Below, piece after piece: positions 1-12,700 of a DNA stretch of 64,000 nucleotides; positions within the stretch are counted from its first letter, which is position 1; every line of letters begins with the position of its first letter. The stretch spans positions 11,596,001-11,660,000 of the forward strand of contig NC_087263.1 in assembly GCF_037042905.1 (NCBI RefSeq), in the 5' to 3' direction. The notes beneath the pieces are model-generated. The model did not search any database. It saw nothing but the letters and a program-made list of their open reading frames with translations, and was not told where the DNA came from. The position numbers were made by a program, and so were the translations under genes. This DNA comes from Lytechinus pictus. Lineage: Eukaryota.

Positions 1-1515
1 TAAAATTACCAGCAAAAATAAATGGTGTCTCACCAAGTTTTACTTCTCAAGCATCATGATGTATTGCAGATTCACACCTGAGAATTTATTGCCAATGTGA
101 TGTCCATGTAATGGATGTAAAACTCTGTATTTGTTTTGCAGCAAATCCATTAAAGATCTCAAATTTCCAACTGAATTACTATGATTGGACATCATCTTTA
201 AGCTGACACATCAAAACTTAAGCCCATTTGAACTGATCATCTCTGTGATATATAAAAGCTGGTACCACCGTTACATGGACATCACACGATTTTGTTACCC
301 CAACCCCATGGAATGACCCAAATATGAATATTAGGGCTGTTGGCTTTTTCTCAAGGCTTGACAGGAGAAGGAAAACAAATTCTGGTAACAGCAGAAAAGT
401 AAATATTCACAAATTTGAACAAAGCTTATGCAGAATTACTAAAACTATAAATAATTGATATTTGCCAAATGGTCTTTCAGGAAACTGTAAAATTACAAGG
501 TTATGAGGAGATGAAGAACAGTGAAATTACTGAAAAATTCCTGTCTATTTATAGTGTGGTCCAATATGTTGTTACATGTACATGTACCTGTGTTAGCTAC
601 ACCAGGAAAAGCATGCGGTAATGAAATGAATATTATTTAAGCAAGCCTGAATTATTTTAATTACGCTTTGTTCTAAATGAGAATTCTGATTCCTCAAACT
701 GCTCCTCTCAGCACTTTGGGGGTTGACAAAGGGGTGTGCTGTCAAACGAAGGTTTGACATAATAACCAGGGGGCCGTTTCATAAAGCTGTTTGTAAGTTA
801 AGAGCGACTTTAAGAATGACTGGTGAATCCTTCTTACGCGTTAAACCATCGCCAATTCAATATACCATTTACCACAAGAAAGGATCACCAGTCGTTCTTA
901 AAGTCGCTCTTAACCAGGGTTGTGATAAAAAACGTTTTTTATTAAAAAAAACAAATAAAACGTTTTTTATTGTTTTAAAACGTTTTAAATCGTTTTAAAA
1001 CGTTTTTTTCTCCAACGAATGATGCAATTTTCTCTAAATCAATTAAACTATACACTAAATACAGTATGATTTAAGCTCTTGATGTTTCAAATAAGAGATT
1101 ACCACAATTTTGTTAATGAATTTACAACAGAAAAGTTCATATTTCCCCCAAAATTACTAAATCATGGAAATTGAATGCCTACAAAAAAAGAACACATTAA
1201 GTAATTTGACATTTTATTCCCTAATCTAATACATGAACATATACATGAGTCTGAATCGAGGGGGGGGGGGGGCGAGGAGAATTTGCACAATGGAAGAAAT
1301 TGACGTACATGGGGTTTCAAAGCTTAATTTCATTACTGGTAAATCAATATATATGCTTTATTTCATTTGAATCAATTATACCAATTTTAGTGCATGAAAT
1401 ACAAATTCAATTCAAATCTATAAGTAAAGCCCTTGAACTACATATTTTTTAATTCAGGAATTCTGATCAAATGTATATTAAAAACAATCAGTAGGCCTAT
1501 AGAATGTTTTTTTAA

Positions 1516-2187
1516 CCCTAATAAGACTGGGGGGGGGGGGCTGAATCAGCCCCCCTCGTCATTTTTTGCGATAAATCCACTGCACATATTTTTTTTACCG
1601 CGTCACTCACAGACTTTCCTTTTTCAAGTCTCACGCAATTTTTGAGACCAAAATTGCGACCCCCTGGTATGTGGTTCCGAAATTATGCAACATTTTGTAA
1701 GTGCATGCAGACCCAAAATTGCTCAAAAAAGTGAATTTGTGTACAAATCTAATTCAAATAGTGTTTTTAGCCATAATTCATAAATGTGCCATTATTTTTC
1801 CTTTTACTGATTAAAATAAATTAATTTCACCTTGTTTATGGTCAAAATATAGTCCCTGACTATTTCCATTGAAAAAACAATAAAAAAAATAAAAAAATAA
1901 ATGTGATGTTGAAATTTTTAAAAAGAACATTTGATCAGATTCCTATAAAGGGTTTGTAAACCAAAAATGATAATTTCAGGGGCATTATTTAGTTAATTAG
2001 AGCAAACTTTTGATTTTACGCATAAATTAGTAATGAGATTTATGCAAAATTTGATTTATAGTTTTTTAGATTATGCCATGGGTAATGCGTGTGCCAATTT
2101 TCGTTGTGATCCCGCGATCGACGGCCCAGATCATAAGGGGGGCCCCCTCAGTCTTCTTAGGAAACAAAATAGCCCAGTCTATTTAGG
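1516..2187. mobile_element. piggyBac-like MITE
   Basis: ttaa|CCCTAATAAGACTGG ... CCAGTCTATTTAGG|taa imperfect TIRs at a TTAA site. Confidence 0.65.
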
Positions 2188-3122
2188 TAACCGGGATTAT
2201 GTTTTTTAAACTTTTTTATATTTCTTATGTACAGAGTTTTTAAACTTTTTTTTATTACTAATAGAAATTTTTGGCAATTTTCCAATCATTAACAATAAGT
2301 AAAAATAATGATACAGATACGAATTTTGGCAAGAACTCACATTGGGCTTATACATGAAATCACGTTTTTAAGCAATTCGGGATCTGATAATATGCACTTG
2401 TGGTGTATATCATAACTGCATACCCATGCATTCATCCCAAAAATAGTCTTGAACGATATGGCGTGGCCCTGTCGTGTTTATGGATTTATCATAGAAATCT
2501 TTAGGGGGCCATTAAGGTCCCCTGGAATTGTTAGGGTTAAGGTTTGCTAGCTGATTATCTTATACTGTTTAAAGTACTTTTCTTCATCTTTATGAAGCGC
2601 AAAGTTTCACCAACTTGTGTGTACCTCAAGAGTATGATGTCAGGTTTACAGAATTTGTAAAATATTATTGCGCTTGTGCAACACTTCCATTTCATTCAAG
2701 TTCTATTACATGTACATGTACATGTATTTTAGCTTATTTTAATAGTGTTTCTTTACCTGTCCAAAAAGTGAGTACAACACTAAGATATGTTTGTTAAAAT
2801 GAGAATATTCTTAATATGGATTGATGTGCACAATTGAACAGAGAGAAGAGGAACATGACAAAGCAATGGAGAAAGGGGAAAGAGAAAGAGGAGAAAAGGA
2901 GTGGTGTTGAAAAAAAGTTTTAGTTACAGGTAGTTAGAAGAAAATAATACACTTCAGAAATAACAGTGTAAAAAAAAAAACATTTATCTAACATCACATC
3001 CATGCAAATTTATAACACACAAGTCTATGCGGTGTTTTAAAACACGTTTTTTTTGTAAAAAAAACGGGTGTTTTAAAACGCGTTTTAAAACACGTTTTAA
3101 AACACACCGTTTAAAACGCTAA

Positions 3123-3517
3123 AGAGAAATTCCAGTAGTTGCAGTAAACACTGATTTCATGAGAAAGTCTGTAAAACCAGGCTTAATTGTCAGTATATCA
3201 TCGAGGATCTAGATCTGGTACAGTTACATAAACTGAACTTTGTGAAATCTTGAAATCTACGCTGAAAAATGTTCAGACTGAACTTCCCCAACACAGATAA
3301 GCGCACGTGGGACAGTGTATAATTATTGCTTTGAGCGTCGGGCCCGACGCTCTACCCGAATCCTGTGCTTATTTGCTGATTTCTCAGCAATTACACAATT
3401 TCTTCCCGAATCCTTTGGCACATGCGTTTTATTTATACAAACAGACACTTTGGTGGTCATTTCATTGGATTCTGTACGAGCTCATTTTGATATCGTTACC
3501 AAAACTAGCATTTACCT
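3123..3517. mobile_element. Kolobok-like non-autonomous element
   Basis: (c)taa|AGAGAAATTCCAG ... CTAGCATTTACCT|ttaa; AG...CT ends at a TTAA. Confidence 0.55.
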
Positions 3518-3585
3518 TTAACTAATGAACAGCTTTATAAAACACCCACCTGGTCCTTATTCCAATATTGACCTTCTGTGTGCAG

Positions 3586-3741
3586 GTAAAGTTTGTGTCG
3601 TACGGCATGCGGAAAGGAGTTCTCCACGGTCGTTTGATCAACGCCCCCTACATGACCAAGGATCACCTACAACTCAAGCGCTACCAGGCCCAGACCCTGG
3701 GCACGACCTACGTCTATGACTTCCCCGAGATGTTCAGACAG
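3586..3741 (+). CDS. ACC: ACC exon (VKFVSYG...DFPEMFRQ)
   Basis: tgcag| acceptor, |gtaggg donor, 52 codons. Confidence 0.95.
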
Positions 3742-6700
3742 GTAGGGTACACAGGCCTCCCAACCAATCTGGAGGATGTTTGACATAGAGTAAAGTTTCA
3801 CCAGAAGTCATGCTTGAGAGCCAATGCTCCTGATATTCATGTGATATCATTGTTTGATGTGATTTGATGTGGTATCTCTCATCCCATGAGCATGGTCTGA
3901 ACAATGCGATGAGGCATTATATGCTACATGTAACAGGGAATTTAAGTGCAACTTTAAGTCGAACTTTGTGGTACATGTACCTCCTTCCTGATGTCAATGG
4001 AATACTGTAACCTGAATATTATTCATTCATGCCCGTAAATTGTAATATCTTTTTTGACGTATCTTCTAGTCCTTTGATTCATTATATCAATACATCGTAT
4101 CTCTATAATATATGCAAGAATGAATGCTGATGGAATAAGCAAAGCTTTTACCTGATAGATATGGAATTTATGCCATATCTTAATTTATTATTATGTATGA
4201 CCATTGTTATCTCATCATACACATGTATATTTATAGTGGAATAAATAATGACTAATATTGTAACAAATGAATATAAAAAGTTGATTTGCATTTCTGTTTC
4301 TTTTTTAAAAATTGTCATATCACTGCTCTTTTCTTTCCTCCACCATTCCTCTTCCCCTATACTCCTCTCCTTTTGCTGCCTCCCTTCCATGTTTCCTTTA
4401 TAATTGATTCTTACAATAGAACCTAGCCATTCTGTGGGAGCAGCACAAGAAGAGTCATCCTGAAGCAGAGATTCCTGAAGAAATTGTAAGATATTTCACT
4501 TTTTTACCTACATTCTGGCAATTTTTTAAGAATAATTATCCACAGTGAACAAAGTAATATTGAAAATAATAGACATAAATGATAATATTGATATCTTATT
4601 GAGCGCACACACCGTCCAGAGATGCTCATGACGCTAGCGCAGCAACAGTTCCTTTGGATACAAATATTTTATACACATACATTACAAACAGTTACTTAGA
4701 TATAAATAGAAATCTTAAATCACTACAAGTACCATCCTGCATCATCACCACTGAAATTCCCAGCTACATCCTGGTGGGGGTTGGTGCCCCATTCACCAAC
4801 AATTTAAGGGGCAAGGGACATCCAAACATTGAGATATCCACATTAGGATAGCAAGTTTACTACCATACCATCAAGACCTCTTCTGATAGGCATAATCTCT
4901 GTGTGTTACGAGCAGACTGCACCGGTCTATGCATCTGCCTTGTCCATGGGGCACTTTGAAGCATGTTGCATGACAATCCTCCGATATCTTATGCTCATTT
5001 GAGATGTAGGGACAGTGATTTTCCGCGATCGCGGAAAACGGACGGAATTCACGGAAAGGGCCTTTTGAAACGGAAAATGGCATTTCAAACGGAAAATCAC
5101 GGAAAACGTATTTTCCCTCAAAATACACAGAATAGCAACAGAAATTACTCCAAAATCACAACAAAATGAGAATATTAAATGGCCAAAAAAACCCAGAAAA
5201 CACGATCTCACTTCGCTACTATCACGACAATTCACACATCGTGACTGCACTCGACATCAGCACACTCGATTGTACCCCGCACCGTACCCGTACCCGGCCG
5301 GCCGGGTTGCTTTGGGCTTCACATGCACACATGTATCGTTCAACTACATGTACACAGTTGTGTGTTGCTGCCCTCTACGTTTGAAGATGTAACAGCACGA
5401 TATCGTGGTCTTAAAATCCAAGATGGCGGATTGGGAAAAGACGTTGACTGATGATAACGATGTCCAAAAACCCCCAAAATTATCGATGAAATATCATTTC
5501 ACCGTGAAATAATGCTAATAATATGAAAGGTGAGGATGTATGCATGCAAAATGGGTGTGTTAAAATATTTTATTCACCCGCATAGATCCGATTAGAACGG
5601 ATTTTATTGTGTTGTTGGTACAGTAGCAGATACAAATTTTGACCAGTGCGAGTGTGCATGTAAATGTGTAAACGGAATTGTCACTTTTCCGTGTGTACAA
5701 AGTCTATGGGGAAACGGAATTTCCGTTTTCTGACATGCTGAAACGGAATTTGAGATTTTCTGAAACGGAAAAGGCAATTTTTTGAAACGGAAAATCACTG
5801 TCCCTAGAGATGATATGTGTACGCTCCAACCAGTACTTTTTTTTTACTTTTAGCTTATTATTTCGGATGAACCACTTAAAATGATATCTATTCAGAAAGT
5901 TATCTTATTGATTGAATTTATATGCTGTATATTGGTACTGCAGAATAGTGGTTCTTGTCACTTTTTTTTCGTTTATTTTTTTTTCCAATGACTAGCTGCC
6001 AATTTAATGTAAATTTTGTGATTTGATTTGATTTGAAATAGTAAAATATATAATTTAAAATAAATTACTGATGACTTCCTATTGGTCTAAAACTTTTAGA
6101 TATTGCTGATTATACACACAGGAAGGATCTGCGATCCCTCTCATTTCTGGCAAAAACGTTTTTTTATACTTTCAATGGAAATAATCCATTCCTTGAGCAT
6201 ACAGCTGAATCAGCCTAACTCCCATCTTTTGGGACAATATATGATCTTATCGTCTGAGGCAAAATTTGACTTCGGAGATTATAATGTTTGCATTTTCTGG
6301 TCGAAAAATTGCGTCAACTTAGGCAATTATTCTACTTATTGAAGGTCAGCTTAGGCAGAGTCTACCGTTTTTTTATTCTGTGTTATTTCTTTCTTCCAAT
6401 CTTTAGATGACAGGACATGAGCTCGTCCATGACAGGAACAATGAGCTACAACACATGAACAGAGTACCAGGAGAGAACACAGTAAGTGATAAAATATTCC
6501 TGGGTCCCCATTGCATAAAAGGTACCATTATGGTACATTGTAGCTTTGCCATCCAATGGTACATTGTAACTACCATGGTAATGATGATCAACAGCCAATC
6601 AGAATCAAGGATTCCATGCAAGTTACCATTGGATGGCAAAGTTACCATAATAGTCAATTTTATGAAATGGGTCCCTGTACCCCTCTTCTCGACATTTAGG

Positions 6701-9700
6701 AATTGACTTAGATTTCAACTGAGTCCTGGGGAGCATTTCATCAACATTTTCATCCGACATGTTGTCAGATCTGACAACTTTCCTTAATTGTGATTGGCTG
6801 AGAAGCACTGTTACTACATGTACATCTATGACAACTGCCAGATAAAACCGGTCTTGTCAGATAAAACGTTCAACAAGTTCTGTCATGAAATGTACCCCTG
6901 GCTGGCCCTGACCTTGGACTGTGCCACTTTTACAAAGTCTACAGTATGGCGCAATGTTTTTTTCAGCGGCCTTATGGCATGGAACACCTGGCCTCAACCC
7001 CCTCCTTGGAATTTAAAGGGAGATTTCAAAAGCCTAGAGTAACTCAGACATTTTGGCAGTCTTGATTCCTTTTTTTTTTCATTTTTATCTGTTTTTTTAA
7101 CCTAATATATACGTGGGATTGTGTAGTCAGCATGAAACTATTTGGCATTTAAGAGATCAATCTTGTAATTTTCAGGTAAATGGTGAATATTCAATATAAT
7201 TTGGTCAATATTTATAATGATTGAAATAAAAAATTATTTGTAATTAAATGAGGGCAAAGTTTAGAGGTGTGAAAGATTAGGTCAAGCAACAACTGAATGT
7301 ACATGTTCTTGAAATTGTGCTTTATCTATTTCTTTTCAGATTGGTATGGTTGCATGGCAGTTTACATTCCTCACCCCTGAGTATCCTAAGGGTCGTGACG
7401 TGGTCGTCATCGCCAATGACATCACCTTCAAGATTGGATCGTTTGGCGTGGAGGAAGACAGCCTCTTCCAGGTGCGTGCATTTAGATAGATAGATAGAAA
7501 GAAAGAAAGATAGATAGATAGATAAATAATTAGATAATTATTCATTGTCTCTATTCAAAACTGAGCAAATGTTTTGACAATTTTGTTGTTGAGGAAGACA
7601 GACATTTTCAGGTGCGTGCATATAGATAGATAGAAAATAATTTATTGTCTCCATATGAAGCTGAGAAAATGTTTTGACTATTTGGTTAGTATGCATTATG
7701 TTGGCAGAGTTAAGTATCATGCTCTTACATGTAAATAATAATCACAAAATAATATTATCAAGATTATAATGAAATTAGGAATACTTGAATCTCGTTTCAC
7801 ATAATTTGGTAACGAAATACAAAATAATTTCATCAGAAGAAACCCTGCATAGTGTGAACCTTAACAGGTGTCTTAACATTGCATTGATTGAACATTTCAC
7901 AGCCCAGATCCAACCCTACCCTCCCCCCCCCCCTCACCTAGTAAGTACTTGGTCTGAAAAAGCCCAGGGAAAATTGGGTTGATCCTTAGCTTGACTCTCA
8001 GGTTGGCGAGCAAGTTGATTTGAAAACGTCTGATTTTCTAACGAGCCATTTTTATTATGGGGTATTTTACTGCATTGGGTGGTATTCTGATCGCCATGGC
8101 TTAGTTAAACCTTGTCCCCCCAAAAAATTGATTAATACGTAAAATGGAAAGAATAGGAAAAAAAATATATGAAATTTAATGAATTAATTGATACATTGTG
8201 ATAACCACGAAAATGGAAAAAAAAATATGGATTCCAGCATTCCCTAGAAGTGTGGTTTAAAATTATATTTAAGACAGGTTTAAACCTAGGTTTAATTATC
8301 AGGATACCACCCATTGGCCCATATTCTGAAGTCAGGTTTACCAGATCATGGTCTAACTCTGTGCTAAAATTAGAGGAAGCCAACAACTAAAAAATTATGA
8401 TTATATTGTATATTTCTTATTTTTACTATTTCGTTTCCTTTTGCTCTCACAATGAAGAAAAATACTTCAGGTATCATTCCTTGACAATTATGAACATTTT
8501 AGGTGTCATATGAGTTCATAAATTGAATGCGTACTGTAAGGTATTTGTGCTCCAATTGGCTCTCCATAGTTAAACCACAACTTAAATCTAGAGTTTAAAT
8601 TAAACCCGACTTCAGAATACGGGCCATTGGGTTTAGCGGCATGTCCAAGGTTATCGCTTATGCTGGTTTCTTGTATTAATTTTCCAACGCAGAAAGCTTC
8701 AGACCATGCAGTTGAGAAGGGGATTCCCCGCATCTACATCTCGGCCAACAGCGGGGCCAGGATCGGACTGGCTGATGAGGTCAAATACCTCTTCAAGGTC
8801 GCCTGGGAAGATGCAAAAGAACCAGAGAAGGTACTGTACGCCTATTCCAGTTATAAAATCTTGTAATAATGATAATCTGTATGATTATGTATAGCGCATT
8901 TCATTGTCATTTCACTTCTCTACAGGCTTCCAAACAACTTTTGATATCATTACTCTGGCTTTACAAGCCTGGAAAGTCTTGTCGCGTGGTCCAGTGGTTA
9001 GAGCATACATGTAGGACTCATAATCGCAAGGTTGTTACATATAGTTCGAATCCCCACTCTGCCTTTGTCTCCACTTTGATAAAAGACCCGAGAGTAATTT
9101 CTGTCATCTATAATGTCAGCCGCTTTGACTGATTAACCTAGACGTAAAATGTTTCCTACATGTAGGTAATTGGTTACATACCAGCTTGGCGTTTACCAGC
9201 AAAAAGCTGTCCTACCAGCAAAAAGCTGTCCTGCCGAGTTCCTACAGGGTACAATACATAGGGGAAACCAAGTTTGTAGGGTACAATACATAGGGGAAAC
9301 CAAGACCACACTCAAGAAACGATTCTACGGGCACAGATCCACCGTCAACACAGCAAAGCTGGACACTCCAGTTGGCCGCCATTTTAACCTCCCCAACCAC
9401 TCCATCACTGACATGATGCTACAGGGCATCGAATCTTTAGGTACCCGTCCTGACTCAGTCCGTACTAGCAGGGAGAAGCTCTGGATGAGACGACTTCGCA
9501 CCACCCAACCTCATGGCCTGAACATCCAAGAGGGGAACGACTGATTTTTCTTTCCTATCCACTTTCAATTTATATATACATATAATTTTTCCCCTCAGCT
9601 CTTTTGAATAGTTACATTATAGTTTCTTACTCTACTTTCCTCCCATATCTCATACAAGCTCAGCTCCAATTTTTCCTTCCTTATTCAGGCGATATAATAA

Positions 9701-12700
9701 TTATTATATATATATATATATATTTGTTTTTTCTCCACTCACCTCTTTTAGATTTACCACATTTGCTTATTTACATGTATACTATGGTTTCTTCATAATA
9801 CACCCCCTCTCTTCTATATTTGCTTTTACCTTTTTAGGCAATTTGCTTCCTCTTTTTCACATATACAGATTTTTTTTCTTTCCTACTATATAGTCTTATG
9901 TTTTTTCCCGTCACACCTAGCGGATTACCATATCAGTTACACCATATGTGTATATATTTATATATTTTTTCATATACATTTCTTTTTTGGATATATTTAT
10001 ATACATATCACTTATAGATACATATTTACACTTACCTTCTTCTCTTAGTTTGTTTAATGCTTTATCATATATACTTATATGTCTTTTGCACATTATCAGT
10101 TGTTCCCCATTCTTTTTCTTCTTTTTTCCCCCCCACTCTTATGCACCAGTTTATTAAGCCTTTCTTTGTAACCTGTTTGACCCACCTCTCACTAATTCTC
10201 TAGTTATTCATCCCTCTATCACTGTTTTGTTCCAGATCCTGTTTGATGTTGCCTGCCTCATTATCTTAATCCCTCTTGGCCTTACTTACACTAACTTCCC
10301 TTTGTGTCTGCCTACTCCTTTTCTTTCATCCCCTTCACTAACCTGATTGGTCTTCTCTACTCACTAATGCCCCTTTTGTCTCCTTGTTTCTAGTGTTGCT
10401 GTAGCTTGTTTGTGGTCTATATTATGGTTGTTCCACTTTATATGTTTGTCATTTTGCCTCCGACGAAGATTCTGCTAGGATCGAAAGCTTAGGCCCCTTT
10501 TTGACTTTATAATTTACTCCATTGGCTCTCTTTTATTAGATAAGCAGTTTTCAGCAGCTTCTTTTTGCCATTGAGTTCCTACAGGAGTTAACAGAAACAG
10601 TCTTTATACAGTGCTCAAGCATTTCCGACTAGAGCATGATTTTTTTTTTAAATCAAAGTATGTTTAGTTATTCTTTGCTATTGCCTTTCAAAGCAGTCAA
10701 TATCTGTTAATTATTTCATTTTTGTTTATTCAGAGCAGTGTATGTTTGCAGTAATTGTATTCTTTATGCCTTGGTCCTCTGCAACTTCTGCCAAAAGTAC
10801 TACCATTGTCTTACACCGTAACATACATACATACATTGTATGTCTGAATATTTAAACTTTTCATTGCTTTGGTTCATTTTATCATTTGAAAAATGAATGC
10901 ATTGATTGTTTTTTTTTAAATTAATATTTGACTGGCTTATTCATTCAGCTCAATATCTGATTTGTATCATTCGTAGGGATTCAAATACCTCTATCTCACA
11001 CCGAGTGACTTCAAGAAGCTGACTCCTTTGAACTCTATCCGTGCCGATCACATCGAAGAAGATGGAGAATCTCGCTACAAGATAACAGACATCATAGGTG
11101 AGCTTTATATTCACTTCGTTCTCAAGCAGTTGTTCTGTTTCTCATATAGTCTAGGCATTTTTTTTTATTATTCTAGAATGACACACCCACCAGTATGTAT
11201 AAAAAACCTAATTCTTGAGTTTCTTTTTTATGTTTTTTTTTACACTAGGCAAGGATGAAGGATTGGGTGTAGAAAACCTGAGAGGAAGCGGTATGATCGC
11301 AGGAGGGACATCAAGAGCTTATGAGCAGATCATCACACTCAACATGGTACGTGCAAGGGAGAATCATTTAGTTGGGGGGTCAAAGGTCAAATAACCAGTG
11401 GTCAGATTTAGCTTTGTTTTTCATTTTTTCCCATGATCAGGGGAGCGTTTCATGAAAGGAATTTGTTGGATGTTTATGACAAAAATTATGAAATAAAAAA
11501 TATTGGCTAAAGTTTTAAATCTGACGTTAAAGATGCTGTATGATCAAAGGAGTCTCTGTATCAATTTAATAGCTTGCATTTTCCCATATTCACCCATGGT
11601 GTTTAACGGAGGTATAAAAAAAAAACATATACATGTATGATTTATTGCTGGAATGTCAGGGTATTTGCAATTCTGTATGTGGAATGTCTTCTGTTTTATC
11701 AGAAAGGTATGAGATGTGCATTATACATAATAAATGTGAAGAGTACTGTAAAAAAAGTTATGTGCTTCATCAAACAAAAAACAAAAAATTTAAGTAGTGG
11801 CTAGCATGAAAAAATTGCTAGCACTTATAGGAAAATCTCCAGGAAATATTTTTTACCCAAAAAATCCTTAACAAATTCACACAATCATCTTTTTTACCCC
11901 TAAATATTAAAATGAATAACTCGAAAATGGGTATACTTTCAGGTCACCTGCCGCGCCATTGGAATCGGATCGTACGTTGTCCGCCTCGGTCAGCGCATTG
12001 TCCAGAACGAAAACTCGCACATTATCTTGACGGGAGCGGCCGCGCTGAACAAAGTCCTCGGACAAGAGGTCTACACGTCTAACAGCCAGCTTGGCGGCAT
12101 ACAGATCATGCACAACAACGGTGTCACCCATGCCGTCTCAAGAGATGACTTTGACGGCGTGGGGACGCTACTCAAGTGGCTCTCGTACATGCCAAAGGTG
12201 AGGCGATTCTCTTAACTATTTCTATTCAATTCAGTTCAATTTTTTCAATTCCATTCAATTCAATATATTTCAACTCATTAAGTTCATTTTAGTCCCATTC
12301 AGTTTGATGCAGTTCCATTTGATTCAATATAATTCAATTCACTTTATTTCATTTCTCTTCAATTCATTTCACTTCGGTTCTATATAATTCAATATATTTT
12401 ATTTCAGTTCTATTCAATTCATTTCAATTCCATTTAATTTAATTTAATTCAGTTCATATTGTTTTCCACAGTGTCGAAATTTGTTATGCTTACATTTTAA
12501 AATCACAATCACTTAAGCTTAACTTTTACTTTAATGGGATTTACAAACATTTACATGTATGTACATTTGTATATAGATATTTTGTATATAATTGTCATAT
12601 ATATAATTATTATAAATGCATTGTCTACATGATCTAGCATACAATTATTATTAGCGTAGTATATTACTATTATGAATAAAGAATTTAGCAAATAATTATT

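Larger units (their letters stand above)
766..3553. mobile_element. Nested cluster: Harbinger-like palindromic MITE (766-914 plus 3518-3553) interrupted by about 2.6 kb of other elements
   Basis: The left and right pieces together rebuild the intact copy at 45929-46106. The insert starts CAGGGTTG with AAAACG-rich subterminal arrays (915 to about 3119). Confidence 0.8.

Noticed and set aside
9170..9544. Standalone GIY-YIG nuclease gene
   Set aside because: The N-terminal part of the ORF is SINE sequence fused by the insertion; it is a truncated Penelope-like element, not a host gene.
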